DNA of 64,000 nucleotides from Dehalococcoidia bacterium (lineage in GTDB: Bacteria > Chloroflexota > Dehalococcoidia > UBA2979). The notes below the pieces were generated by a model. The model ran no database searches, was not told the origin of the DNA, and saw only the letters and a list, made by a program, of their open reading frames with translations. Positions within the stretch are counted from its first letter, which is position 1, and every line of letters starts with the position of its first letter. Below, piece by piece: positions 20,239-31,020 of this stretch. Both the position numbers and the translations under genes were made by a program. The DNA is taken from assembly GCA_965200555.1 (NCBI GenBank), contig OZ241365.1, positions 371,719-435,718 of the forward strand. Reading direction: 5' to 3'.

Positions 20239-21792
20239 CTACGGGCCGCTCCAGAGTTCGCTGTCCGGGTAGAAGGCGTGCCAGCCGAGCCAGAACGCGA
20301 TGTGCCCCGCGATGCGCTCGGCGCGCTCGCCCGAGGGTCCGATCAGCGCCTCCTCGGTCACGCTCCAGCGCCCCCCGGCGTCGTCGAGGAGCGTGCCGGG
20401 ATCGGGCCCGGGCGCGAACTCGCGGCCGCCGCGCGCGTAGGAGCGCACCTCGCCGCCGTAGTCGTAGTTCGGGTACGGGATGCGCCTCGCGATGCCCTCG
20501 ACGTCGGCGAGGCCGCGCGTCGCGACGAGGACGATCGGCTCGCCCGCGAACTCGTCGTTGAGCACGCGCCGCCCGGCCAGCGCCGCGACGGTCCACGCCT
20601 TGCGCTCGCCGCCGTCGCGGAGGCCGTAGACGCGATCCTTGACGCCGAGTTCGCCGCTGCGCCGCCAGACCGGGAAGCGCACCTCCTCGCTGCGGAAGTA
20701 GTCGCCGTAGGGCTGCCCGAAGATCTCGTAGAGGCGGTGGTGGCCCGTCCGCACGTCGAGCACGCGCGTGTGCGGGTGCTGCTCGCGCCAGTCGGCCCAC
20801 GAGGTCGTCACGAGCGGCAGCAGCTCCAGCCGCGGCGGCGGCCCGCCGTCCGCCGTCCCCGCCGCCAGCGGGCCGATCACCGGCTCGCCCGTGAACTGGT
20901 TCCACAGCGAGCGCGTGCGGCGGTCGTACATCAGCTTGTTGCTGCGGTAGAGCAGGCCGGACGTGCCGAAGGTGTAGACCTCGCCGTCCAGCCCGCGCCC
21001 GTCGTAGGCGATGCCCGCGCCGCAGAGCGTGCAGTACGCGAGCAAGACCGGCACGCCGCCCACCACGTCGTTCGCCATCTCGTGCCAGTCCATGAGGCGC
21101 AGCGGGTACGCCGTCGCCTCGCCCCCGAGGGCGACGCCGAACACCGGCTCGTCGGGATCGAGGTAGTCGGCGTCGGCGGCCTCCAGCTTGGCCGGGTCGT
21201 CGAGCGAGGGGATGCCGTCGGGGCGCACGCCGCCGAACACCACCTCCTCGACGCGGATGCGCGTCGGCGCGCCGGGGGCGAGGAACTCCGCGAACCCGTC
21301 GTCGATGTGCGCCAGCAGCCGCCCCTTCCAGCCAGTGAAGCCCGGCGGCGGCGTCAGGTCCGTGCCGCCGTACCACTCGATCCACCCGAAGGGGTGCGGC
21401 CCGAAGTCCTCGCCCGAGAGCGCGACCAGCGCCGAGGACACCACCCGCAGCGACTCGACCCCCTGCACGATGCCGAGCTGGCTGGCGCGCACGATCTCGA
21501 TCATCGGGCCGATGAAGCGGTAGTCGCGCGCCTCGACGATGCGCGCGACGGCGGCGCGGGTGCGCGGCGGGTCGGCGCCCGTGATCAGCAGGTCCTCCAG
21601 CAGCGAGCGCGCCTCGGCCTCCGCGATCGGCGGCGCGGGCGCCGCCCCGGGCGTGGCGGTCGCGGCCGGCTCGCCGCCGCCCGCGCAGGCGGCCGCCAGC
21701 AGCGCGATCGCGGCGAGGAGCGCGAGCGCGGCGAGGCCTCGCCGCGGCGGGCGCGCGAAGGATGCGGAGCGGCCGGCGGCCCGTCCGTGCAT
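20239..21792 (-). CDS. DUF3179 domain lipoprotein
   Basis: LLAAAC lipobox; GGVRPDGIPSLDDP, WHEMAND, YCTLCG, FGTSGLLYRSNKLMYDRRTRSLWNQ, FWLGWHAFYP. Confidence 0.9.
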   Translation of the reverse strand: MHGRAAGRSASFARPPRRGLAALALLAAIALLAAACAGGGEPAATATPGAAPAPPIAEAEARSLLEDLLITGADPPRTRAAVARIVEARDYRFIGPMIEIVRASQLGIVQGVESLRVVSSALVALSGEDFGPHPFGWIEWYGGTDLTPPPGFTGWKGRLLAHIDDGFAEFLAPGAPTRIRVEEVVFGGVRPDGIPSLDDPAKLEAADADYLDPDEPVFGVALGGEATAYPLRLMDWHEMANDVVGGVPVLLAYCTLCGAGIAYDGRGLDGEVYTFGTSGLLYRSNKLMYDRRTRSLWNQFTGEPVIGPLAAGTADGGPPPRLELLPLVTTSWADWREQHPHTRVLDVRTGHHRLYEIFGQPYGDYFRSEEVRFPVWRRSGELGVKDRVYGLRDGGERKAWTVAALAGRRVLNDEFAGEPIVLVATRGLADVEGIARRIPYPNYDYGGEVRSYARGGREFAPGPDPGTLLDDAGGRWSVTEEALIGPSGERAERIAGHIAFWLGWHAFYPDSELWSGP

Positions 21793-21889
21793 GGCGTCGC
21801 CTCCGGTGTCGGTGGCCTCGGGTAGGGGCGGGTGCGTCCTCCACCGTACCACCGCGCCCGCGCGGGGGCGCGAGGCGGCGCGCACGCGG

Positions 21890-22303
21890 TCAGGCGGGCG
21901 TGAAGACGGGGATCGGGTACTCGCCCTCGTCCTGCTCCTCGAACGCCACGCGCACGCGCATCCCGCAGGCGATGTCGCGCGTCGGGTCCTCGACGCCGAC
22001 GACGTTGGTCAGCACGCGGAAGCCCTCGTCGAGGTCGACGTAGGCCACGGCGTACGCGCCGAGGTCGGCGAAGCGCGGGTTGCGGTTCTGGCGCACGACC
22101 GAGAACGTGTAGACCTCGCCCTCGCCCTTCGAGACGCGCCACTCGAGGCGGCCGGCGCCGCAGCCCGTGCAGTGCGAGCGCGGCGTGAACACCACGGCCG
22201 CGCAGTCCTCGCAGGTCTGGTAGCGCAGCTCGCCGCCGCGGACGCCCTCCCAGTAGTGCTGCGTCTCCGGCTCGGGGAAGCGCGGCTGGGGCCGGTTCGG
22301 CAT
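21890..22303 (-). CDS. Zn-ribbon/OB-fold (DUF35) protein
   Basis: YWEG...QTCEDC...PRSHCTGC...VDLDEGFRVLTNVV; pairs with the thiolase. Confidence 0.92.
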   Translation of the reverse strand: MPNRPQPRFPEPETQHYWEGVRGGELRYQTCEDCAAVVFTPRSHCTGCGAGRLEWRVSKGEGEVYTFSVVRQNRNPRFADLGAYAVAYVDLDEGFRVLTNVVGVEDPTRDIACGMRVRVAFEEQDEGEYPIPVFTPA

Positions 22304-22338
22304 GGCGTGACCTCCTCGGTGCCCGCCCGCGGCGCGCG

Positions 22339-23541
22339 TCAGTCGCGCGCGAGGACGATGGTGCCGGCGGCGTGCGAGCCGCCCAGCGTGCCGCCGTTGC
22401 CGTGCGCCACCGCGAGCCGCGCGCCCTCGACCTGCGAGGTCGATTCGCCCCGCAGCTGGCGCACCGACTCCAGCAGCAGGAACAGCCCGCGCATCCCCGG
22501 ATGGTTCGAGGACAGCCCGCCGCCGTCGGTGTTCAGCGCCGGCCCGCGCGGGTCGTCGAAGCGCAGCCGCCCGCCCTCGGCGAACCCGCCGAATTCGCCC
22601 TTGCCGCAGAAGCCGAGGTCCTCGAGGCAGACCGCGACGGTGATCGAGAACGAGTCGTAGATCATCGCGACGTCGATCTCGCCGGGGCGGACGCCGGCTT
22701 CGCCGAAGGCGGCGGGGCCGCTCTGCGCGCCCGCGCTGGTGGTGATGTCGCCGCCGTTCTCGCGGTACTTGACGGCCTCGCCCGCGCCGATGATCCAGAC
22801 GGGCGGCTTGCGGACGCCGGAGGCGACCTCGGGCGCGACGATGACGGCGGCGCCGCCGCCGTCGCTGACCATGCAGCACTCCAGCAGGTGCAGCGGGTCG
22901 GCGATCACGCGCGACTCCAGCACGTCGGCGACGCCGATCTCGCCGACCGGGTGCACCGCGCCGAACTCGAGGTCGTTCATCGCGCGCACCGCCTCGGGGT
23001 TACGCATGGCGTGGGCGCGGGTGGCGACGGCGAGCTCGGCGAACTGCTCGTCGGTGCTGCCGTACTCGTGCATGTGGCGCGTCTTGACCATCGCGTAGCC
23101 GGCGATCAGCGTGACGCCGTAGGGGTCCTCCATGTTGCCCTGCCAGTTCGGCGGGCCCTGTCCGGTCATGCCGCCGGTGCCGATCGCGCGGCGCTCGGAG
23201 TGGGCCGTCGAGCCGTAGCTGAGGACGGCGACGCGGCACTTGCCGGCGGCGATGTCGCGCAGCGCGTGCGCCGCCTGGAACTCGAACGACGAGCCGCCGA
23301 CCTGCGTGGTGTCGATCACCGCCGGGCGCACGCCGAGGTACGCGGGCAGGCCGAGGCCGCCCCCGCCCTCGCCGTCGGCGGTGTCGTAGAGGCCGTCGAC
23401 GTCGGACCAGGCGAGGCCGGCGTCGTCGAGCGCGGCGCGGATCGAGGCGGCCTTGATCTGCATCGCGCTGACGCCGGGGGCGACGCGCAGCGGGTACTCG
23501 TGGATGCCGGCGATCGCGGCTTGGCGGGTCTGGGCGGCCAT
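22339..23541 (-). CDS. Thiolase-like (SCP2/lipid-transfer type) protein
   Basis: VGGSS, PLHLLECCMVSDGGGA, YDSFSIT, LNTDGGGLS...HPG. Confidence 0.92.
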   Translation of the reverse strand: MAAQTRQAAIAGIHEYPLRVAPGVSAMQIKAASIRAALDDAGLAWSDVDGLYDTADGEGGGGLGLPAYLGVRPAVIDTTQVGGSSFEFQAAHALRDIAAGKCRVAVLSYGSTAHSERRAIGTGGMTGQGPPNWQGNMEDPYGVTLIAGYAMVKTRHMHEYGSTDEQFAELAVATRAHAMRNPEAVRAMNDLEFGAVHPVGEIGVADVLESRVIADPLHLLECCMVSDGGGAAVIVAPEVASGVRKPPVWIIGAGEAVKYRENGGDITTSAGAQSGPAAFGEAGVRPGEIDVAMIYDSFSITVAVCLEDLGFCGKGEFGGFAEGGRLRFDDPRGPALNTDGGGLSSNHPGMRGLFLLLESVRQLRGESTSQVEGARLAVAHGNGGTLGGSHAAGTIVLARD

Positions 23542-23655
23542 GCGCGCACTCCCCTTCGCGCCGCCCTCGCTGCGGACGGCGCCCCTCGCCGCGCACTATA
23601 GCCCACGCCGCGCCCGCCCTGCCGGTGGGCGCGGCGGCGAACGCGGGCAACCGCA

Positions 23656-25170
23656 TCATGGCGCGTCAACCGGCGGCAGCAGGCTGCGCGCGATCTCGAT
23701 CAACGGCTCGACGTTACTGCCCCTCATGTTGCGGTCGACTCCGTTCACGAAGTACTCAATCCCGGTATCCGCGTCGAAAATCCAGACTTCGGTGGAGAGC
23801 AGCCTGTCGTGCGCCGCTCCCTGTGGGCTGTAGACCACTATCGCGGCGTGCCCGTCCAGCACGCGCGGCTCGTAAACTACCCAGCCGCCGCCTGCCTCGA
23901 AGTAGCTCGGCCGTTGTATGTTGTAGTACACGTGGATATCGACTCCGTCGTAGCCCAGTTCGTTTTGGTAGACGGCTTCGTAGTCGCGTCCGTTCCAGGA
24001 TTCCGCCCACTTGAACGTCCAGCCCGCGGGCAGCGCGGGATCGCGCCAGAGCAAAATGCCGCGCCGCGCCTCGTCGAGGTCGTATGTATAGACGCCTGTT
24101 TCGCCGTCCGTGGTTGCAGGCGGCGGCTCGTAATCCTGTTGCGGTTCACGGGAACCAGCCCAATTCCGGGGGTAGACCAGGTATGCCCCGTGGCGCACCG
24201 GCGCGAGGATCGTGGCCGCGGGGATGGCGTCCGGCGCGGCCTCGTTGGCGCTGAGCGCGGTAGCCACGCCGACGGCGCCCGTGCAGCCCTCGCCGGTGGC
24301 GGCGTAGGTCATCCACTCGACGGGGAACTCCCATCGTCCCGATCCCCCCGAGGGCCGCACGGGCGGCCCCGTCACGAGGTAACGCACCCAGCAGTCGGAG
24401 GCCTTGCGCCACTCGAAGAGGTCGCTCTCGGAAACGGCGCCGAACTCCGAGGCCCACGAGGTTCCGCCGGCGTCGGTCTGGTGGACGCGCAGCGTGGCCG
24501 CCTCGGAGCGCAACCCCTCCCACGTCGCGAGGACCTCGCCGTTGCCGTCGAGGACCGCCCAGCCGCCCGCCTCGGCGACCTCGCCCGTGGCGTCGAGGCG
24601 GTCGTAGCGCAGGCACCACGGCAGGCCGAGGTAGAGGGCGTCGCCCCTCGCGTCCCCGAACGCCGAGGGCACGCAGCCCGTCAGCGCATTGCCCGCGAGC
24701 CGCACCTCGTCCAGCCGCAGCCGCCGCAGCTCGCGAGGGATAGACCCCGTCAGGCCCCGATCGCGCAGGTCGAGGCGGACGACGCGCGGCGGCTCGCCCT
24801 CGACAGCGACGCCCTCCCAGCGCCCGATCGCGAGGCCGCCGCCCCAATCGAGCGAGGCCTCGCCGCGCAGCGCGTCCCTCGACGCGAGCAGCGCCACGCA
24901 GTCGGCGACGAGGCCGGGGCGCGCCTCAGGCTCCTCGACCGCGACGCCGTTCGCGCACGCCGCCTCCGGCGGCGGCTCCGGCGTCGGGGCGGGCGCGGGC
25001 GTCGGCGTCGCCTCGGCGGTGGGCGCGGCCGTCGAGGGCGCCTCGGCCGCCGGCGTCGCCTCGGGCGCGGCGGCGGGCGCGGGCGGCGGCTCGCCGCCGG
25101 TGCACGCGCCGAGCGCGAGCGCGAGCGCGGCGAGGAGCGCGGCGGCGGTGGCGAGGCGGCGAGGGCGCAT
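23656..25170 (-). CDS. LRR-containing surface lipoprotein, paralog 1 (intact)
   Basis: LALGAC lipobox, Pro/Ala/Thr linker, plant-type LRR (RLDLRDRGLTGSIP...LAGNALTGCVP), lower-GC C-terminal domain. Confidence 0.8.
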   Translation of the reverse strand: MRPRRLATAAALLAALALALGACTGGEPPPAPAAAPEATPAAEAPSTAAPTAEATPTPAPAPTPEPPPEAACANGVAVEEPEARPGLVADCVALLASRDALRGEASLDWGGGLAIGRWEGVAVEGEPPRVVRLDLRDRGLTGSIPRELRRLRLDEVRLAGNALTGCVPSAFGDARGDALYLGLPWCLRYDRLDATGEVAEAGGWAVLDGNGEVLATWEGLRSEAATLRVHQTDAGGTSWASEFGAVSESDLFEWRKASDCWVRYLVTGPPVRPSGGSGRWEFPVEWMTYAATGEGCTGAVGVATALSANEAAPDAIPAATILAPVRHGAYLVYPRNWAGSREPQQDYEPPPATTDGETGVYTYDLDEARRGILLWRDPALPAGWTFKWAESWNGRDYEAVYQNELGYDGVDIHVYYNIQRPSYFEAGGGWVVYEPRVLDGHAAIVVYSPQGAAHDRLLSTEVWIFDADTGIEYFVNGVDRNMRGSNVEPLIEIARSLLPPVDAP

Positions 25171-25237
25171 CGGACGGCCTCCCGCCGCGAGCATACGCCG
25201 CCTTGCCCCGCGCGCGCGGCGCGGCTAGGGTGCGGCG

Positions 25238-25870
25238 ATGCGCGTGGGGCTGATCTCCGACACGCACCTGCCCTCGCTGATCCGCGACCTCGACGCGCTG
25301 GGGCCGGAACCCGCCGCGTTCCTCGCGACGGTGGACCTGATCCTCCACGCGGGCGACATCAGCACGCGCTCCGTGCTCGACTGGTGCGAGCGCTTCGCGC
25401 CCGTGCTCGCCGCCCGCGGCAACCACGACGCCTTCGACGACCCGCGACTCGCCGACCGCCAGATCGTCGAGCTGGAGGGCTGGCGCATCGGCATGACGCA
25501 CGACCTGCGCCCGCGCGCCGCCTCGCCCGCCGAGCTGTCGGCGCTGCACTTCGGCGGCGCGGACCTCGACGTGATGATCGCCGGCGACACCCACGCCGAG
25601 CGGCTGGAGCAGCGCGACGGGGTGGTGATCGTCAACTCCGGCAGCCCCAACCTGCCGCACCACAAGGAGACGCGGCTCGGCACCGCCGGCCTGCTCGAAC
25701 TGGAGCGCGGGCGGCTGCGCGCCGAGATCGTGCTGCTCGGCCAGACCGAGGGCGCGCCCAACCCCGGCTCGCCCAGCCGCCTCGTCCTCGAGGCCGGCCG
25801 CGCCGGCGCGCCGCCCGCAACGGGCGGCGCGCCGTCTCAGCCCAGCGAGGCGAGCAGCTCGCGGTCGTAG
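25238..25870 (+). CDS. Metallophosphoesterase, YfcE-like
   Basis: ISDTH, HAGD, RGNHD, THD, GDTH, VNSGS. Confidence 0.92.
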   Translation: MRVGLISDTHLPSLIRDLDALGPEPAAFLATVDLILHAGDISTRSVLDWCERFAPVLAARGNHDAFDDPRLADRQIVELEGWRIGMTHDLRPRAASPAELSALHFGGADLDVMIAGDTHAERLEQRDGVVIVNSGSPNLPHHKETRLGTAGLLELERGRLRAEIVLLGQTEGAPNPGSPSRLVLEAGRAGAPPATGGAPSQPSEASSSRS

Positions 25871-26622
25871 ACGACGTTGCCGGTGTAGGCGGCCGGGTCC
25901 TGTCCGCAGATCCAGACCGCGGCCTCGCCCATCGGGTCGGCGGCCTCGAAGTCGAGGTCGGGGTTCCCGGGATCGTTGCCCGCGAAGATCAGGCCGGGGG
26001 TGCGGTAGCCGCTGTCGGGCGAGAGCACGTTGACGGCGATGCGGTCGTCCTGCAGCTCGACGGCCTGCTGCTGCGAGAAGTGTTCGAGGCCGGACTTGAT
26101 GCCGCCGTAGAGCAGGTCGCCGCCGCGCCGCACGCCGTCGCCGTACGGCCCCGGCCCCGGCGTGATCGCCCCGCGCGAGGAGATGTTGACGATGTGCCCC
26201 CCGCCCGCGGCGCGCAGATGGGGGACGGCGGCCCGCATCATCAGGATGTAGCCGATGAAGTTCACGTCCACGCTGAGGCGGACGTGGCGCTCGCGCGCCG
26301 ACTCGATGTCGCCGGGGATGAAGATCGCCGCGTTGTTGACGAGGATGTCGATGCGCCCCCACTCCTCCGCGACGCGGCTCGCGCAGGCCTCGATGCTCTC
26401 GGCGTCGCGGAGGTTGAGGACGACGGGCAGGGCCTCGCCGCCGGCCTCACCGATGGCCCCGGCGACGGAGTGGATGGTGCCGGGCAGGCGCGGGTCCTGC
26501 TGCGTCTCGGTGCGCGCGGCGACGGCGACCTTCGCGCCGGCGGCGGCGAGATACCTCGCGATGTCCGCGCCGATGCCGCGGCTCGCGCCGGCGACGATGG
26601 CGACCTTGCCCTCGAGCGTCAT
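25837..26622 (-). CDS. SDR oxidoreductase
   Basis: AGASRGIG, ILVNNAA, IVNISS, YGGIK. Confidence 0.93.
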   Translation of the reverse strand: MTLEGKVAIVAGASRGIGADIARYLAAAGAKVAVAARTETQQDPRLPGTIHSVAGAIGEAGGEALPVVLNLRDAESIEACASRVAEEWGRIDILVNNAAIFIPGDIESARERHVRLSVDVNFIGYILMMRAAVPHLRAAGGGHIVNISSRGAITPGPGPYGDGVRRGGDLLYGGIKSGLEHFSQQQAVELQDDRIAVNVLSPDSGYRTPGLIFAGNDPGNPDLDFEAADPMGEAAVWICGQDPAAYTGNVVYDRELLASLG

Positions 26623-26729
26623 GCGTGTCCTCCGTCCCTCCGCTTCGCGCGTCCGAGTCTAGCCGCGATCGGCGCGACGGCGCACCCGCCGCCCGCGCCG
26701 GGCGTATGCTTGCGGCGGGAGGCCGTCCG

Positions 26730-28041
26730 ATGCGCCCTCGACGCCTCGCCCCCGCCGCCGCGCTCCTCGCCGCGCTCGCGCTCGCCCTCGGCGCGTGCAC
26801 CGGCGGCGGGCCGCCGCCCGCCGCCACGCCCGAGGCGACGCCGGCGGCCGAGGCGCCCTCGACGCCCGCGCCCACCGCCATCGCCACGCCCGAGGCGTCG
26901 CCGCCGCCCTCGCCCGCGCCGACGCCGGAGCCGCCGCCGGAGCAGGCGTGCGCGAACGGCGTCGCGGTCGAGGAGCCCGATGCGCGCCCCGGCCTCGTCG
27001 CCGACTGCGTGGCGCTGCTCGCGTCGAGGGACGCGCTGCGCGGCGAGGCGGCGCTCGATTGGGGCGGCGGTCTCGCGATCGGGCGCTGGGAGGGCGTCGC
27101 CGTCGAGGGCGAGCCGCCGCGCGTCGTCCGCCTCGACCTGCGCGATCGGGGCCTGACGGGGTCTATCCCTCGCACGCTGCGGCGGCTGCGGCTGGACGAG
27201 GTGCGGCTCGCGGGCAACGCGCTGACGGGCTGCGTGCCCTCGGCGTTCGGGGACGCGAGGGGCGACGCCGCATACCTCGGCCTCCCGTGGTGCCTGCGCT
27301 ACGACCGCCTCGACGCCACCGGCGAGGTCGCCGAGGCGGGCGGCTGGGCGATCCTCGGCGCGGACGGCGCGGTCCTCGCGACGTGGGAGGGGCTGCGCTC
27401 CGATGCGGCCACGCTGCGCGTCCACCAGACCGACGCCGGGGGGACCTCGTGGGCATCGGAGTTCGGCGCCCGAAGGCTCCGGCGCGTCCGGATCAGCGGA
27501 CCAGTCCGTGGACAGCACGGCTCCGGAATGGCCGGACGGCTACCCTCACGCCTCCCAGCTCCGCAGCTACCAGATGCGGTTGGACGACACGGCGCCAGAC
27601 TGGCCGACCGCTTATTCCCGCAAGATGAGTCCCGCCGAGGTACGGCAGCACCCGCTGTGGCGCGATCCCGTGCTGCCACCTGGGTGGTACATGCACAAAG
27701 CTGAGGTTGCGTTGCGAGGTTATGAAGCGTACTACGCGAACGCCCAAGGCTTCGCTGTAGCGACAATCAGAATCTGGTGGCTCCCGTGGGAGCCCTATGC
27801 GGGGCATGTCATCGATCATCCTACGCGCATCCACGAACTGAGGATCATCGACGGTCATCCGGCGAAGGTGGAGTATGGTTCTCTGGACGGTCACTATCCC
27901 CCTCTATATGTCACTATCTATGACAAGTCCACCGGTATCGAGTACGAGGTCATGGGAGCGAATGTGGGCGTGAAGGTGGGCGATATCGACGCCGCGATCG
28001 CGATAGCGCGCAGCCTGCTGCCGTCGGCTGACACGCCGTGA
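26730..28041 (+). pseudogene. LRR lipoprotein paralog 2, internal deletion with frameshift near 27469
   Basis: Near-identical to paralog 1 up to SEFGA, then continues out of frame into a variable C-terminal domain ending IARSLLPSADTP. Confidence 0.75.
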
Positions 28042-29586
28042 ACAAAATGGCGGCGTTCCTCGCCGCGCTCGTGCTCGCCCTCGGCGCGTGCTCCGGCGGC
28101 GAGCCGCCGCCCGCGCCCGCCGCCACGCCCGAGGCGGCGCCGGCGGCCGAGGCGCCCTCGACGCCCGCGCCCACCGCTATCGCGACGCCCTCGCCCGCCC
28201 CGACGCCGGAGCCGCCGCCGGAGGCGGCGTGCGCGAACGGCGTCGCGGTCGAGGAGCCCGAGGCCAACCCCGGCCTCGTCGCCGACTGCGTGGCGCTGCT
28301 CGCGTCGAGGGACGCGCTGCGCGGCGATGCGGCGCTCGACTGGGGCGGCGGCCTCGCGATCGGGCGCTGGGAGGGCGTCGCCGTCGGCGGCGAGCCGCCG
28401 CGCGTCGTCCGCCTCGACCTGCGCGATCGGGGCCTCACGGGCGCGATCCCGCGCACGCTGCGGCGGCTGCGGCTGGACGAGGTGCGGCTCGCCGGCAACG
28501 CGCTGACGGGCTGCGTGCCCTCGGCGTTCGGGGACGCGAGGGGCGACGCCGCGTACCTCGGCCTCCCGTAGTGCCTGCGCTACGACCGCCTCGACGCCAC
28601 GGGCGAGGTCGCGGAGGCGGGCGGCTGGGCGGTCCTCGACGCTGGCGGCGAGGTCCTCGCGACGTGGGAGGGGCTGCGCTCCGAGGCGGCGACGCTGCGC
28701 GTCCACCAGACCGACGCCGGCGGCACGTCGTGGGCGGCCGAGTTCGGCGCCGTCTCCGAGGGCGACTTCTTCGAGTGGCGCAAGGCGTCCGACTGCTGGG
28801 TGCGCTACCACGTCACCGGCGCGCCCGCGCGCCCCTCGGCGGGATCGGGCCGCTGGGAGTTTCCCGTGGAGTGGCGCGCCTACGCCGCCACCGGCGAGGG
28901 CTGCACGGGCGCCGTCGGCGTGGCTACCGTGCTCAGCGCCGACGAGGCCGCGCCTACCGTGGTCAGCACGGCAGAGATCGCATTGCCCGTGCGTCAGGGG
29001 CCGTTCCTGATCGCGCCGATGGGCTGGGAGGGCGAGATCGAGCGCGCAACGCCGCATCCGAAGCCTGCGGCATCCGGGCCGAGCGGAGCGGGCGCGTCAG
29101 GACAACGGAGGGCGATCGCGGACTATTTTGCGGACAATATCGAGGATGCGAGGATTCTTTTCCCGTACTGGCGCGACCCCGATCTCCCTGCCGACTGGTC
29201 CTTTACCGGGGCGGTCCAGGACCCGACCGGCGTAAACGGTCCTACAGACGGGTACTGCGCTGGGTACCAGAACGGCAGAGGGTATATCAGCGTAGAAAAT
29301 TTGCGCTTGGTACAAGAAGTATCGTCCTCATTACGAGCCAGTGTGGCGGCGCGACGGCGCCGAGGTCTATGAGCTGTTCATGATGGGCAATGACCCTGCG
29401 TTCGTGGCGTACAGTCCGCGCGGCGCCGCGCACGACGATGCCCTGAGCATCCGCGTCTCTGTATTCGACATCGAATCGGGAGTCGAATACTCCGTCAGGG
29501 GTTTCGACCCCAGCCTGAGTGGTGGCGACACAGACGCGGCGATCGCCATCGCGCGCAGCCTGCTGCCGTCGGCTGGCGCGCCGTGA
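28038..29586 (+). pseudogene. LRR lipoprotein paralog 3, in-frame TAG (28569-28571) and +1 frameshift (~29297)
   Basis: TAG stands where the paralogs have TGG; removing one A from GAAAAT restores a frame ending IARSLLPSAGAP. Confidence 0.78.
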
Positions 29587-29639
29587 GGGCGCGCCGCCGC
29601 GAGGTCGCGGCGGGGGGCGCGTGGCCTACACTGCGGCGC

Positions 29640-31020
29640 ATGGGCGGAGCGCACGGACGATCGGGCGGCGGGAGGCGGCGGGGCGAGCCTCCGGGGGGGC
29701 TGCAGCGCGGCCTCTTCGGCGGCGACGGCCCCGCGCTGCCCGGCGGCGCGGCGGACGGCGGCTCCGCCCCCCTCGCCGCCCGCCAGCGTCCGGCGAGCCT
29801 CGACGACTTCGTGGGGCAGGAGGCGGTGGCCGGGCCGGGCGCGCCGCTGCGCGCGATGATCGAGCGCGACGAGACGCCCTCGCTCATCCTCTGGGGGCCG
29901 CCCGGCTCCGGCAAGACGACGCTGGCGGCGATCGTCGCGCGCGCCGCCCGCCGCTGGTTCGAGCCGCTCTCCGCCGTCGGCGCGGGCGTCGCCGACATCC
30001 GCCGCGTCGTCGCCGACGCCCGCGAGCGCCGCGCCGCCGCCGGCGTCGAGACCATCCTCTTCATCGACGAGCTCCACCGCTTCAACCGCGCCCAGCAGGA
30101 CCACGTCCTCCCCCACGTCGAGGACGGCACGATCACGCTGATCGGCGCGACGACGGAGAATCCGTCGTTTTATGTCGTCGCCCCGCTGATCTCGCGGGCG
30201 CGGGTGTTCCGCCTCGAACTGCTGGGCGCGGAGCAGCTGCGCGCGATCCTTGAGCGCGCGCTCGCGACCGACGGGCAGCTCGCCGAGCTGCGCGCCGAGG
30301 CCGACGAGGACGCCCTCGCAACCATCGCCGGGCTCGCGGGCGGCGACGCGCGGGCGGCGCTCAACCTGCTGGAGTTCGCCGCCCACGCCGCCGAGCCGGA
30401 CGCCGGCGGCGCGCGCCGCGTCACCCGCGCCGTCGTCGAGGCCGCGGGCCAGCAGCCGACGCTGCTCTACGACCGCGCCGGCGACGCCCACTACGACCAC
30501 ATCTCCGCCTACATCAAGTCGGTGCGCGACTCCGACCCCGACGGCGCGCTCTACTGGCTCGCGCGCATGGTCGAGGCCGGCGAGGACCCGCTGTTCGTCG
30601 CCCGCCGCATGGTGATCCTCGCCGCCGAGGACGTCGGGCTGGCGGACCCCCCAGGCGCTCGTCGTCGCCGTGGCCAGCCAGCAGGCCGTGCACTTCCTCG
30701 GGATGCCCGAGGCGCGGCTGCCGCTGGCCTAGGTCACCGTCTACCTCGCCCGCGCGCCCAAGTCGAACTCGGCGTGGGCCGCCTACGCCCGCGCCGCAGG
30801 GGACGTGGAGCGCACCCGCAACGATCCCGTGCCGCTCCACCTCCGCAACGCCGCCACCCGCCTCATGCGCGAGTTCGGCTACGGCGAGGGCTACCGCTAC
30901 GCCCACGACTTCGAGGACCACCGCGTCCCCGATCAGACCCACCGCCCGCCCGCCGCCGAGGGCAACGTCTACTACGAACCCGGCGCGCTCGGCGACGAGC
31001 CCCGCCCCGGCGGCCCGTAG
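29640..31020 (+). pseudogene. rarA: Replication-associated recombination protein A, disrupted
   Basis: GPPGSGKTT, FIDELHRFN, GATTENP, KSVRDSD, VPLHLRNA; extra C in run 30647-30652 and TAG at 30730-30732. Confidence 0.88.

Noticed and set aside
18088-23655. Prophage or island integrated at tmRNA
   Set aside because: No integrase, no duplicated tmRNA 3' end noticed, and host-like composition.
23656-29586. Diversity-generating retroelement as the source of lipoprotein variation
   Set aside because: No reverse transcriptase, and no TR/VR pair differing only at adenines; divergence is domain-wide.
28569-30732. Amber recoding of the two in-frame TAG codons
   Set aside because: They replace different residues (Trp, probably Gln), co-occur with frameshifts, and TAG is a normal stop in many genes here; no pyl genes in the window.
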